64,000 nt of DNA, from contig NC_134028.1 in the NCBI RefSeq assembly GCF_964204645.1, positions 2,790,001 through 2,854,000 of the forward strand. Reading direction: 5' to 3'. Origin of the DNA: Tubulanus polymorphus (taxonomy: Eukaryota; Animalia; Nemertea). Below the pieces are notes generated by a model. The model did not search any database. It worked only from the letters and a program-made list of their open reading frames with translations, and was not told the origin of the DNA. The first letter of the stretch is position 1; each line of letters begins with the position of its first letter. Of the stretch, positions 25,252 through 39,300 are shown piece by piece. The translations under genes and the position numbers were made by a program.

Positions 25252-26807
25252 GCAAAAAAGTTTATTGGTTCGCATTTATACATATTCACATAATAAAGCT
25301 ATACACTATTATATACAGCGGACCGAGGTTTCTTGCATAAAGACAAAAAACTTCAATGAGGATGTATGAGTCAATGCACTGAAATTATTGTAATTCATTT
25401 CGTTGTTATAAAATGGTCACTAATATCTGTTAACAAGCTGTTGAGATTGTTATTTTTGAATGGATTTATTGAAGTTAGCATTCCATTCAGATATTTCGAT
25501 GGTTATATGTATAATTGGTACCCTGCAAGGCACATCCATCACATCCAAAGTAAATCATTTTCATAAAAGTTGATAAAATCACTTGCCAATTTTATCACAA
25601 ACTGTTTCTACTTATAAGGTAGAAATAGAAATCCCTGATAATAGTAAACGTTTGTATACGTCGTTTTACCCTAATCAATATTGCTTCTAAAATAAACTAT
25701 TGGCTACTAAATATGGTGGATTGTTTTTATTCTCATCACTGCACTCCTGAAGATAAGCAGAGAATTCGCGTTGCTGACACGACCTCCACCTCCACCTTTT
25801 GGAAATTTTGTGAACTATGAAAAAGAAACGACCGAAACTTTTTCTTACATGGCACGTCCATGCATTATTACTTTAGTTCGAAGAATTCCCGCTAGGGGAC
25901 CGTATGGTGCTGCCACCAAGTTTGAACGTGACATTTGCTTGTTTTTCTTATAATTTGTATACATAGCTGTATTTCGTATCTAGCAGTTGAAGATTAGCGT
26001 TGCTGACACCGTCTCCACCTTTTGAAATTTTTGGAAACTTGTTCTTACAGGGCACCGTCCATGCATTATTACTCTAGTTCGCAGAATTCCCGCTAGGGGA
26101 CCGTATGGTGCTGCCACCAATTTCGAAAGTGACATTTGCTTGTTTTTCTTTTAAGATTTGTATCCATCTGTTCTTCGTAGAAGGGGAACTGATTATCCGT
26201 CTGTCCTATGATGAATGGGAAAAGAACCAAAAACAACTAAGACAATTGTTTTAAATACAATATGCTTTCAAAGCACACATTAATCATTATTTATTATCAA
26301 TAACATTGCTCCAGTGGTCACTATACAAAACGTCAGAGACTGACACAGGATAAACACAGAGCAAACTCTTTACTACAAAAATAAATTGCCACACTTGTAT
26401 ACGCTGAAAGCTAGGATTACTGTTTTTTTTCCAATTTTTTATCAGACACAAGCTTCCTCTATATTATAATTACTATGTGTATTTACATCATTTGAAGATC
26501 AAAGAAAACAGTGTCATAAGAACAATCAGTGAGAGAAATCTAACAAAACGATTCTGTGACTGGAAAGATCTATTCTTCCATGTCCTACAGCAATAATTAT
26601 TCAATTCTAACCCACTAAATCTGATGAATTCTGACGTTTCTGCCAAGAATGTAATTCCTTCATGAAAGTAAATATTTCAGGAAGCTGGTATCGAATTAGA
26701 GCAATGTTACTGAAGGCAGTTAACTTGCTTTCCACAGAATGGCAAAAAATCCTTTTTAACAAAAATTTGGTGTCGAGTAAACACATTTTTAAATACAGAT
26801 ATATATC

Positions 26808-27300
26808 AGCTTTCAGCGTATACAAGTGTGGCAATTTATTTTTGTAGTAAAGAGTTTGCTCTGTGTTTATCCTGTGTCAGTTTCTGACGTTTTGTATAGT
26901 GACCACTGGAGCAATGTTATTGATAATAAATAATGATTAATGTGTGCTTTGAAAGTATTTTGTATTTAAAACAATTGTCTTAGTTATTTTTGGTTCTATT
27001 CCCATTCATCATGAGACAGACGATTAATCAGTTCCCCTTCTACCAAGAACAGATGGATACAAATTTTCAAAAAACAAGCAAATGTCACGTTCAAACTGGG
27101 TGGCAGCACCATACGGTCCCCTAGCGGCAATTCTGCGAACTAAAGTAATAATGAATGGACGGTGTCCCGTAAGAACACGTTTCGGTCGTTTCTTTTTCAT
27201 AGTTCACAAAAATTCCAAAAGATGGAGGTGGTGTCACCAACGCGAATTCTCTGGTTTCATCTAGCTTATCTTCAGGAGTGCAGTGATGAAAATAAAAACA
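26808..27300 (-). repeat. Inverted copy of part of the array unit (arm 2)
   Basis: Appears identical to 24759-25251 at offset 2049. Confidence 0.95.
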
Positions 27301-30300
27301 GCAAAAAAGTTTATTGGTTCGCATTTATACATATTCACATAATAAAGCTATACACTATTATATACAGCGGACCGAGGTTTCTTGCATAAAGACAAAAAAC
27401 TTCAATGAGGATGTATGAGTCAATGCACTGAAATTATTGTAATTCATTTCGTTGTTATAAAATGGTCACTAATATCTGTTAACAAGCTGTTGAGATTGTT
27501 ATTTTTGAATGGATTTATTGAAGTTAGCATTCCATTCAGATATTTCGATGGTTATATGTATAATTGGTACCCTGCAAGGCACATCCATCACATCCAAAGT
27601 AAATCATTTTCATAAAAGTTGATAAAATCACTTGCCAATTTTATCACAAACTGTTTCTACTTATAAGGTAGAAATAGAAATCCCTGATAATAGTAAACGT
27701 TTGTATACGTCGTTTTACCCTAATCAATATTGCTTCTAAAATAAACTGTTGGCTACTAAATATGGTGGATTGTTTTTATTCTCATCACTGCACTCCTAAA
27801 GATAAGCTAGATGAAACCAGAGAATTCGCGTTGCTGACACCACCTCCACCTTTTGGGATTTTTGTGAACTATGAAAAAGAAACGACCGAAACTTGTTCTT
27901 ACAGGGCTATTACTTTAGTTCGCAGAATTCCCGCCAGGGGACCGTATGGTGCTGCCACCCAGTTTAAACGTGACGTTTGCTTGTTTTTTTGAAAATTTGT
28001 ATCCATCTGTCCTTCGTAGAAGGGAACTGATTATCTGTATGTCCTATGATGCATGGGAATAGAACCAAAAATAACTAAGACAATTGTTTTAAATACAATA
28101 TGCTTTCAAAGCACACATTATTTATTATCGATAACATTGCTCCAGTGGTCACTATACAAAACGTCAGAGACTGACACAGGATAAACACAGAGCAAACTCT
28201 TTACTACAAAAATAAATTGCCACACTTGTATACGCTGAAAGCTAGGATTACTGTTTTTTTTTTCAATTTTGTATCAGACACAAGCTTCCTCTATATTATA
28301 ATTACTATGTGTATTTACATCATTTGAAGATCAATAAAAACAGTGTCATAAGAACAATCAGTGAGAAGAAATCTAACAAAACTATTCTGTGACTGGAAAG
28401 ATCTATTCTTCCATGTCCTACAGCCATAATTATTCAATTCTAACCCACTAAATCTGATGAATTCTGAAAATTCTGCCAAGAATATAATTCCTTCAGGAAA
28501 GTAAATATTTCAGGAAGCTGGTATCGAATTAGAGCAATGTTACTGAAGGCAGTTAACTTGCTTTCAACAGAACGAACTGTCTTTAAATGGCAAAATATTC
28601 TTTTTTTCCAAAACCCGGTGGCGAGTAAGCACATCCTTAAATACAGCAAAAAAGATTATTAGTTCGCATTTATACAGATTCACATAATAAAGCTATACAC
28701 TATTATATGCAACGGGCCGAGATTTCTTGAATAAAGACAAAAAACTTCAATGAGGATGCATGTGCGCAAAACGGCAATATATACACGATGAAGCTAGACA
28801 TCCAAAGACTGTTAAATAATTTGATTACAAGCTTCACTCATGCATCAGAATTATAGAGTGTCAATAAAAGTATTGAATTATCAAAATCTTCCTTTGCAAG
28901 CCATTTTCTTAAATCATATGGACTTGAAACCTTAAATCAATAATACTTCAGAATAAAGAATATATACGCGTTCAATATGGATAATATCAAAGACAACTAC
29001 TGAATATCTTTCAAATACAAACAGTAGTATTCTTATTCAATATAGGAGAAGCTATAATTATAATATGTTGATATAGCGCTCGAGCCCTTGTATTAGATAT
29101 GATTTAAAAGTGTGTACTGCTTAGTTTCTACCAAGTCTTCCACACATATCAATGATTGATATGTTAAGATTCTCTATACTGGATACACTGACTACACTGA
29201 GATGTTTTGTCAATGCTTTGAAATTATTGTAATTCATTTCGTTGTTATAAAATGGTCACTAATATCTGTTAACAAGCTGTTGAGATTGTTATTTCTGAAT
29301 GGATTTATGTAAGTTAGCATTCCATTCAGATATTTCGGTGGTTATATGTATAATTGGTACCCTGCAAGGCACATCCATCACATCCAAAGTAAATCATTTT
29401 CATAAAAGTTGATAAAATCACTTGCCAATTTTATCACAAACTGTTTCTACTTATTAGGTAGAAATACAAATCCCTGCTAATAGTAAACGTTTGTATACAT
29501 CGTTTTACCTAATCAATTGCTTCTAAAATAAACTATTGGCTACTAAATATGGTGGATTGTTTTTATTCTCATCACTGCACTCCTGAAGATAAGCTAGATG
29601 AAACCAGAGAATTCGCGTTGCTGACACCACCTCCACCTTTCGGGATTTTTGTGAACTATGAAAAAGAAACGACCGAAACTTGTTCTTACAGAGCTATTAC
29701 TTTAGTTCGCAGAATTCCCGCCAGGTGACCGTATGGTGCTGCCACCCAGTTTAAACGTGACGTTTGCTTGTTTTTTGGAAAATTTGTATCCATCTGTCCT
29801 TCGTAGAAGGGAACTGATTATCTGTATGTCCTATGATGCATGGGAATAGAACCAAAAATAACTAAGACACAATTGTTTTAAATACAATATGCTTTCAAAG
29901 CACACATTAATCATTATTTATTATCAATAACATTGCTCCAGTGATCACTATACAAAACGTCAGAGACTGACACAGGATAAACACAGAGCAAACTCTTTAC
30001 TACAAAAATAAATTGCCACACTTGTATACGCTGAAAGCTAGGATTACTGTTTTTTTTCCAATTTTTTATCAGACACAAGCTTCCTCTATATTATAATTAC
30101 TATGTGTATTTACATCATTTGAAGATCAAAGAAAACAGTGTCATAAGAACAATCAGTGACAGAAATCTAACAAAACGATTCTGTGACTGGAAAGATCTAT
30201 TCTTCCATGTCCTACAGCCATAATTATTCAATTCTAACCCACTAAATCTGATGAATTCTGACGTTTCTGCCAAGAATGTAATTCCTTCAGGAAAGTAAAT

Positions 30301-33300
30301 ATTTCAGGAAGCTGGTATCGAATTAGAGCAATGTTACTGAAGGCAGTTAACTTGCTTTCAACAGAACGAACTGTCTTTAAATGGCAAAATATTCTTTTTT
30401 TCCAAAACCCGGTGGCGAGTAAGCACATCCTTAAATACAGCAAAAAAGATTATTAGTTCGCATTTATACAGATTCACATAATAAAGCTATACACTATTAT
30501 ATGCAACGGGCCGAGATTTCTTGAATAAAGACAAAAAACTTCAATGAGGATGCATGTGCGCAAAACGGCAATATATACACGATGAAGCTAGACATCCAAA
30601 GACTGTTAAATAATCTAATTACAAGCTTCACTCTTGCATCAGAATTATAGAGTGTCAATAAAAGTATTGAATTATCAAAATCTTCCTTTGCAAGCCATTT
30701 TCTTAAATCATATGGACTTGAAACCTTAAATCAATAATACTTCAGAATAAAGAATATATACGCGTTCAATATGGATAATATTAAAGACAACTACTGAATA
30801 TCTTTCAAATACAAACAGTAGTATTCTTATTCAATATAGGAGAAGCTATAATTATAATATGTTGATATAGCGCTCGAGCCCTTGTATTAGATATGATTTA
30901 AAAGTGTGTACTGCTTAGTTTCTACCAAGTCTTCCATACATATTAATGATTGATATGTTAAGATTCTCTATACTGGATACGCTGACTACCAGAGATGTTT
31001 TGTCAATGCTTTGAAATTATTGTAATTCATTTCGTTGTTATAAAATGGTCACTAATATCTGTTAACAAGCTGTTGAGATTGTTATTTCTGAATGGATTTA
31101 TGTAAGTTAGCATTCCATTCAGATATTTCGGTGGTTATATGTATAATTGGTACCCTGCAAGGCACATCCATCACATCCAAAGTAAATCATTTTCATAAAA
31201 GTTGATAAAATCACTTGCCAATTTTATCACAAACTGTTTCTACTTATAAGGTAGAAATAGAAATCCCTGCTAATAGTACACGTTTGTATACATCGTTATA
31301 CCCTAATTAATTGCTTCTAAAATAAACTATTGGCTACTAAATATGGTGGATTGTTTTTATTCTCATCACTGCACTCCTGAAGATAAGCTAGATGAAACCA
31401 GAGAATTCGCGTTGCTGATACCACCTCCACCTTTTGGGATTTTTGTGAACTATGAAAAAGAAACGACCAAAACTTGTTCTTACAGGGCTATTACTTTAGT
31501 TCGCAGAATTCCCGCCAGGGGACCGTATGGTGCTGCCACCCAGTTTGAACGTGACGTTTGCTTGTTTTTTTTTTTGAAAATTTGTATCCTTCTGTCCTTC
31601 GTAGAAGAGGAAATGATTATCTGTCTGTCCTATGATGCATGGGAATAGAACCAAAAATAACTAAGACACAATTGTTTTAAATACAATATGCTTTCAAAGC
31701 ACACATTAATCATTATTTATTATCAATAACATTGCTCCAGTGATCACTATACAAAACGTCAGAAACTGACACAGGATAAACACAGAGCAAACTCTTTACT
31801 ACAAAAATAAATTGCCACACTTGTATACGCTGAAAGCTAGGATTACTGTTTTTTTTCAATTTTTTATCAGACACAAGCTTCCTCTATATTATAATTACTA
31901 TGTGTATTTACATCATTTGAAGATCAATAAAAACAGTGTCATAAGAACAATCAGTGAGAAGAAATCTAACAAAACGATTCTGTGACATCTATTCTTCCAT
32001 GTCCTACAGTCATTATTATTCAATTCTAACCCACTAAATCTGATGAATTCTGAAAATTCTGCCAAGAATATAATTCCTTCAGGAAAGTAAATATTTCAGG
32101 AAGCTGGTATCGAATTAGAGCAATGTTACTGAAGGCAGTTAACTTGCTTTCAACAGAACGAACTGTCTTTAAATGGCAAAATATTCTTTTTTCCAAAACT
32201 CGGTGGCGAGTAAGCACATCCTTAAAAACAGCAAAAAAGATTATTAGTTCGCATTTATACAGATTCACATAATAAAGCTATACACTATTATATCCAACGA
32301 GACGAGATTTCTTGAATAAAGACAAAAAACTTCAATGAGGATGCATATGCGCAAAACGGCAATATATACACGATGAAGCTAGACATCCAAAGACTGTTAA
32401 ATAATTTGATTACAAGCTACACTCATGCATCAGAATTATAGAGTGTCAATAAAAGTATTGAATTATCAAAATCTTCCTTTGCAAGCTATTTTCTTAAATC
32501 ACATGGACTTGAAACCTTAAATCAATAATACTTCAGATTAAAGAATATATACGCGTTCAATATGGATAATATTAAAGACAACTACTGAATATCTTTTAAA
32601 TACAAACAGTTGTATTCTTATTCAATATAGGAGAAGCTATAATTATAATATGTTGATATAGCACCCGAGCCCTTGTATTAGATACGATTTAAAAAAGTGT
32701 ACTGCTTAGTTTCTACCAAGTCTTCCATACATATCAATGATTGATATGTTAAGATTCTCTATACTGGATACACTGACTACACTGAGATGTTTTGTCAATG
32801 CTTTGAAATTATTGTAATTCATTTCGTTGTTATAAAATGGTCACTAATATCTGTTAACAAGCTGTTGAGATTGTTATTTCTGAATGGATTTATGTAAGTT
32901 ATCATTCCATTCAGATATTTCGGTGGTTATATGTATAATTGGTACCCTGCTAGGCACGTCCATCACATCCAAAGTAAATCATTTTCATTATAGTTTTGAT
33001 TATTATAGTTGTTATACAAGTACGTTTTTTTTGTATGATGGGGCGATTGATAAAATCACTTGCCAATTTTATCACAAACTGTTTTGTTACATATTAGGTG
33101 GAAATAGAAATCCCTGCTAATAATATGTTTGTATACATCGTTATACCCTAATTAATTGCTTCTAAAATAAACTATTGGCTACTAAATATGGTGGATTGTT
33201 TTTATTCTCATCACTGCACTCCTGAAGATAAGCAGAGAATTCGCGTTGCTGACACGACCTCCACCTCCACCTTTTGGAATTTGTGTGAACTATGAAAAAG

Positions 33301-36300
33301 AAACGACCGAAACTTGTTCTTACATGACACGTCCATGCATTATTACTTTAGTTCGAAGAATTCCCGCTAGGGGACCGTATGGTGCTGCCACCAAGTTTGA
33401 ACGTGACATTCGCTTGTTTTTCTTATAAGTTGTATACATAGCTGTATTTCGTATCTAGCAGTTGAAGATTGGCGTTGCTGACACCGTCTCCACCTTTTGA
33501 AATTTTTGGAAACTTGTTCTCACAGGGCACCGTCCATACATTATTACTCTAGTTCGCAGAATTCCCGCTAGGGGACCGTATGGTGCTGCCACCAAGTTTG
33601 AAAGTGACATTTGCTTGTTTTTCTTTTAAGATTTGTATCCATCTGTTCTTCGTAGAAAGGGAACTGATTATCCGTCTGTCCTATGATGAATGGGAAAAGA
33701 ACCAAAAACAACTAAGACAATTGTTTTAAATACAATATGCTTTCAATGCACACATTAATCATTATTTATTATCAATAACATTGCTCCAGTGGTCACTATA
33801 CAAAACGTCAGAAACTGACACAGGATAAACACAGAGCAAACTCTTTACTACAAAAATAAATTGCCACACTTGTATACGCTGAAAGCTAGGATTACTGTTT
33901 TTTTTCAATTTTTTATCAGACACAAGCTTCCTCTATATTATAATTACTATGTGTATTTACATCATTTGAAGATCAAAGAAAACAGTGTCATAAGAACAAT
34001 CAGTGAGAGAAATCTAACAAAACGATTCTGTGACTGGAAAGATCTATTCTTCCATGTCCTACAGCCATAATTATTCAATTCTAACCCACTAAATCTGATG
34101 AATTCTGACGTTTCTGCCAAGAATGTAATTCCTTCAGGAAAGTAAATATTTCAGGAAGCTGGTATCGAATTAGAGCAATGTTACTGAAGGCAGTTAACTT
34201 GCTTTCAACAGAACGAACTGTCTTTAAATGGCAAAATATTCTTTTTTACAAAAACTCGAGTGTCGAGTAAGCACATATTTAAATACAGCAAAAAAAGATT
34301 ATTAGTTCGCATTTATACAGATTTACATGATAAGCTATACACTATTATATGCAAGGGCCGGGATTTTTTGAATAAAGACAAAAAAACTTCAATGAGGATG
34401 CATGTGCGCAAAACGGCAATATATACACGATGAAGCCAGACATCCAAAGACTGTTAAATAATCTAATTACAAGCTTCACTCTTGCATCAGAATTATAGAG
34501 TGTCAATAAAAGTATTGAATTATCAAAATCTTCCTTTGCAAGCTATTTTCTTAAATCACATGTACTTGAAACCTTAAATCAATAATACTTCAGATTAAAG
34601 AATATACACGCGTTCAATATGGATAATATTAAAGACAACTACTGAATATCTTTTAAATACAAACAGTAGTATTCTTATTCAATATAGGAGAAGCTATAAT
34701 TATAATATGTTGATATAGCACCCGAGCCCTTGTATTAGATACGATTTTAAAAAGTGTACTGCTTAGTTTCTACCAAGTCTTCCACACATATCAATGATTG
34801 ATATGTTAAGATTCTCTATACTGGATACACTGACTACACTGAGATGTTTTGTCAATGCTTTGAAATTATTGTAATTCATTTCGTTGTTATAAAATGGTCA
34901 CTAATATCTGTTAACAAGCTGTTGAGATTGTTATTTCTGAATGGATTTATGTAAGTTGGCATTCCATTCAGATATTTCGGTGGTTATATGTATAATTGGT
35001 ACCCTGCTAGGCACGTCCATCACATCCAAAGTAAATCATTTTCATTATAGTTTTGATTATTATAGTTGTTATACAAGTACGTGTTTTGTATGATGGGGCG
35101 ATTGATAAAATCACTTGCCAATTTTATCACAAACTGTTTTTTACATATTAGGTGGAAATAGAAATCCCTGCTAATAATATGTTTGCTTCTAAAATAAACT
35201 ATTGGCTACTAAATATGGTGGATTGTTTTTATTCTCATCACTGCACTCCTGAAGATAAGCAGAGAATTCGCGTTGCTGACACGACCTCCACCTCCACCTT
35301 TTGGAATTTTTGTGAACTATGAAAAAGAAACGACCGAAACTTGTTCTTACATGGCACGTCCATGCATTATTACTTTAGTTCGAAGAATTTCCGCTAGGGG
35401 ACCGTATGGTGCTGCCACCAAGTTTGAACGTGACATTTGCTTGTTTTTCTGGTAATTTGTATACATAGCTGTATTTCGTATCTAGCAGTTGAAGATTGGC
35501 GTTGCTGACACCGTCTCCACCTTTTGAAATTTTTGAAAACTTGTTCTTACAGGGCACCGTCCATGCATTATTACTCTAGTTCGCAGAATTCCCGCTAGGG
35601 GACCGTATGGTGCTGCCACCAATTTCGAAAGTGACATATGCTTGTTTTTCTTTTAAGATTTGTATCCATCTGTTCTTCGTAGAAGGGGAACTGATTATCC
35701 GTCTGTCCTATGATGAATGGGAAAAGAACCAAAAACAACTAAGACAATTGTTTTAAATACAATATGCTTTCAAAGCACACATTAATCATTATTTATTATC
35801 AATAACATTGCTCCAGTGGTCACTATACAAAACGTCAGAGACTGACACAGGATAAACACAGAGCAAACTCTTTACTACAAAAATAAATTGCCACACTTGT
35901 ATACGCTGAAAGCTAGGATTACTGTTTTTTTTCAATTTTTTATCAGACACAAGCTTCCTCTATATTATAATTACTATGTGTATTTACATCATTTGAAGAT
36001 CAAAGAAAACAGTGTCATAAGAACAATCAGTGAGAGAAATCTAACAAAACGATTCTGTGACATCTATTCTTCCATGTCCTACAGCCATAATTATTCAATT
36101 GTTACCCACTAAATCTGATGAATTCTGACGTTTCTGCCAAGAATGTAATTCCTTCAGGAAAGTTAATATTTCAGGAAGCTGGTATCGAATTAGAGCAATG
36201 TTACTGAAGGCAGTTAACTTGCTTTCAACAGAACGAGCTGTCTTTAAATGGCAAAATATCCTTTTTTTCCAAAACCCGGTGGCGAGTAAGCACATCCTTA

Positions 36301-39300
36301 AATACAGCAAAAAAGATTATTAGTTCGCATTTATACAGATTTTCATGATAAGCTATACACTATTATATGCAAGGGCCGAGATTTCTTGAATAAAGACAAA
36401 AAACTTCAATGAGGATGCATGTGCGCAAAACGGCAATATATACACGATGAAGCTAGACATCCAAAGACTGTTAAATACTTTGATTACAAGCTTCACTCAT
36501 GCATCAGAATTATAGAGTGTCAATAAAAGTATTGAATTATCCAAATCTTCCTTTGCAAGCTATTTTCTTAAATTACATGGACTTGAAACCTTAAATCAAT
36601 AATACTTCAGATTAAAGAATATATACGCGTTCAATATGGATAATATTAAAGACAACTACTGAATATCTTTTAAATACAAACAGTAGTATTTTAATTCAAT
36701 ATAGGAGAAGCTATAGTTATAATATGTTGATATAGCACCCGAGCCCTTGTATTAGATACGATTTAAAAAAGTGTACTGCTTAGTTTCTACCAAGTCTTCC
36801 ACACATATCAATGATTGATATGTTAAGATTCTCTATACTGGATACACTGACTACACTGAGATGTTTTGTCAATGCTTTGAAATTATTGTAATTCATTTCG
36901 TTGTTATAAAATGGTCACTAATATCTGTTAACAAGCTGTTGAGATTGTTATTTCTGAATGGATTTATGTAAGTTGGCATTCCATTCAGATATTTCGGTGG
37001 TTATATGTATAATTGGTACCCTGCTAGGCACGTCCATCACATCCAAAGTAAATCATTTTCATTATAGTTTTGATTATTATAGTTGTTATACAAGTACGTT
37101 TTTTTGTATGATGGGGCGATTGATAAAATCACTTGCCAATTTTATCACAAACTGTTTTTTACATATTAGGTGGAAATAGAAATCCCTGCTGATAATATGT
37201 TTGTATACATCGTTATACCCTAATTAATTGCTTCTAAAATAAACTATTGGCTACTAAATATGGTGGATTGTTTTTATTCTCATCACTGCACTCCTGAAGA
37301 TAAGCAGAGAATTCGCGTTGCTGACACGACCTCCACCTCCACCTTTTGGAATTTTTGTGAACTATGAAAAAGAAACGAACCGAAACTTGTTCTTACATGA
37401 CACGTCCATGCATTATTACTTTAGTTCGAAGAATTCCCGCTAGGGGACCGTATGGTGCTGCCACCAAGTTTGAACGTGACATTCGCTTGTTTTTCTTATA
37501 ATTTGTATACATAGCTGTATTTCGTATCTAGCAGTTGAAGATTGGCGTTGCTGACACCGTCTCCACCTTTTGAAATGTTTGGAAACTTGTTCTTACAGGG
37601 CACCGTCCATGCATTATTACTCTAGTTCGCAGAATTCCCGCTAGGGGACCGTATGGTGCTGCCACCAAGTTTGAAAGTGACATTTGCTTGTTATTCTTTT
37701 AAGATTTGTATCCATCTGTTCTTCGTAGAAGGGGAACTGATTATCCATCTGTCCTATGATGAATGGGAAAAGAACCAAAAACAACTAAGACAATTGTTTT
37801 AAATACAATATGCTTTCAAAGCACACATTAATCATTATTTATTATCAATAACATTGCTCCAATGGTCACTATACAAAACGTCAGAGACTGACACAGGATA
37901 AACACAGAGCAAACTCTTTACTACAAAAATAAATTGCCACACTTGTATACGCTGAAAGCTAGGATTACTGTTTTTTTTTTCAATTTTTTATCAGACACAA
38001 GCTTCCTCTATATTATAATTACTATGTGTATTTACATCATTTGAAGATCAAAGAAAACAGTGTCATAAGAACAATCAGTGAGAAGAAATCTAACAAAACG
38101 ATTCTGTGACTGGAAAGATCTATTCTTCCATGTCCTACAGCCATAATTATTCAATTCTAACCCACTAAATCTGATGAATTCTGACGTTTCTGCCAAGAAT
38201 ATAATTCCTTCAGGAAAGTAAATATTTCAGGAAGCTGGTATCGAATTAGAGCAATGTTACTGAAGGCAGTTAACTTGCTTTCAACAGAACGAACTGTCTT
38301 TAAATGGCAAAATATTCTTTTTTACAAAAACTCGAGTGTCGAGTAAGCACATCTTTAAATACAGCAAAAAAAGATTATTAGTTCGCATTTATACAGATTT
38401 ACATGATAAGCTATACACTATTATATGCAAGGGCCGGGATTTCTTGAATAAAGACAAAAAAACTTCAATGAGGATGCATGTGCGCAAAACGGCAATATAT
38501 ACACGATGAAGCTAGACATCCAAAGACTGTTAAATAATTTGATTACAAGCTTCAATCATGCATCAGAATTATAGAGTGTCAATAAAAGTATTGAATTATC
38601 AAAATCTTCCTTTGCAAGCTATTTTCTTAAATCACATGGACTTGAAACCTTAAATCAATAATACTTCAGATTAAAGAATATATACGCGTTCAATATGGAT
38701 AATATTAAAGACAACTACTGAATATCTTTTAAATACAAACAGTAGTATTCTTATTCAATATAGGAGAAGCTATAATTATAATATGTTAATATAGCGCTCG
38801 AGCCCTTGTATTAGATATGATTTAAAAGTGTGTACTGCTTAGTTTCTACCAAGTCTTCCATACATATCAATGATTGATATGTTAAGATTCTCTATACTGT
38901 ATACACTGACTACACTGAGATGTTTTGTCAATGCTTTGAAATTATTGTAATTCATTTCGTTGTTATTAAATGGTCACTAATATCTGTTAACAAGCTGTTG
39001 AGATTGTTATTTCTGAATGGATTTATGTAAGTTAGCATTCCATTCAGATATTTCGGTGGTTATATGTATAATTGGTACCCTGCTAGGCACGTCCATCACA
39101 TCCAAAGTAAATAATTTTCATTATAGTTTTGATTATTATAGTTGTTATACAAGTACGTTTTTTTGTATGATGGGGCGATTGATAAAATCACTTGCCAATT
39201 TTATCACAAACTGTTTTTTACATATTAGGTGGAAATAGAAATCCCTGCTAATAATATGTTTGTATACATCGTTATACCCTAATTAATTGCTTCTAAAATA

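Noticed and set aside
33240-33520. SL RNA/snRNA gene array suggested by Sm-like AATTTTTG(G/T) motifs in the sub-repeat
   Set aside because: No upstream leader with AG|GT donor and no recognisable U1/U2/U4/U5/5S/tRNA sequence; the motif is common in AT-rich DNA. An Infernal/Rfam scan would settle it.
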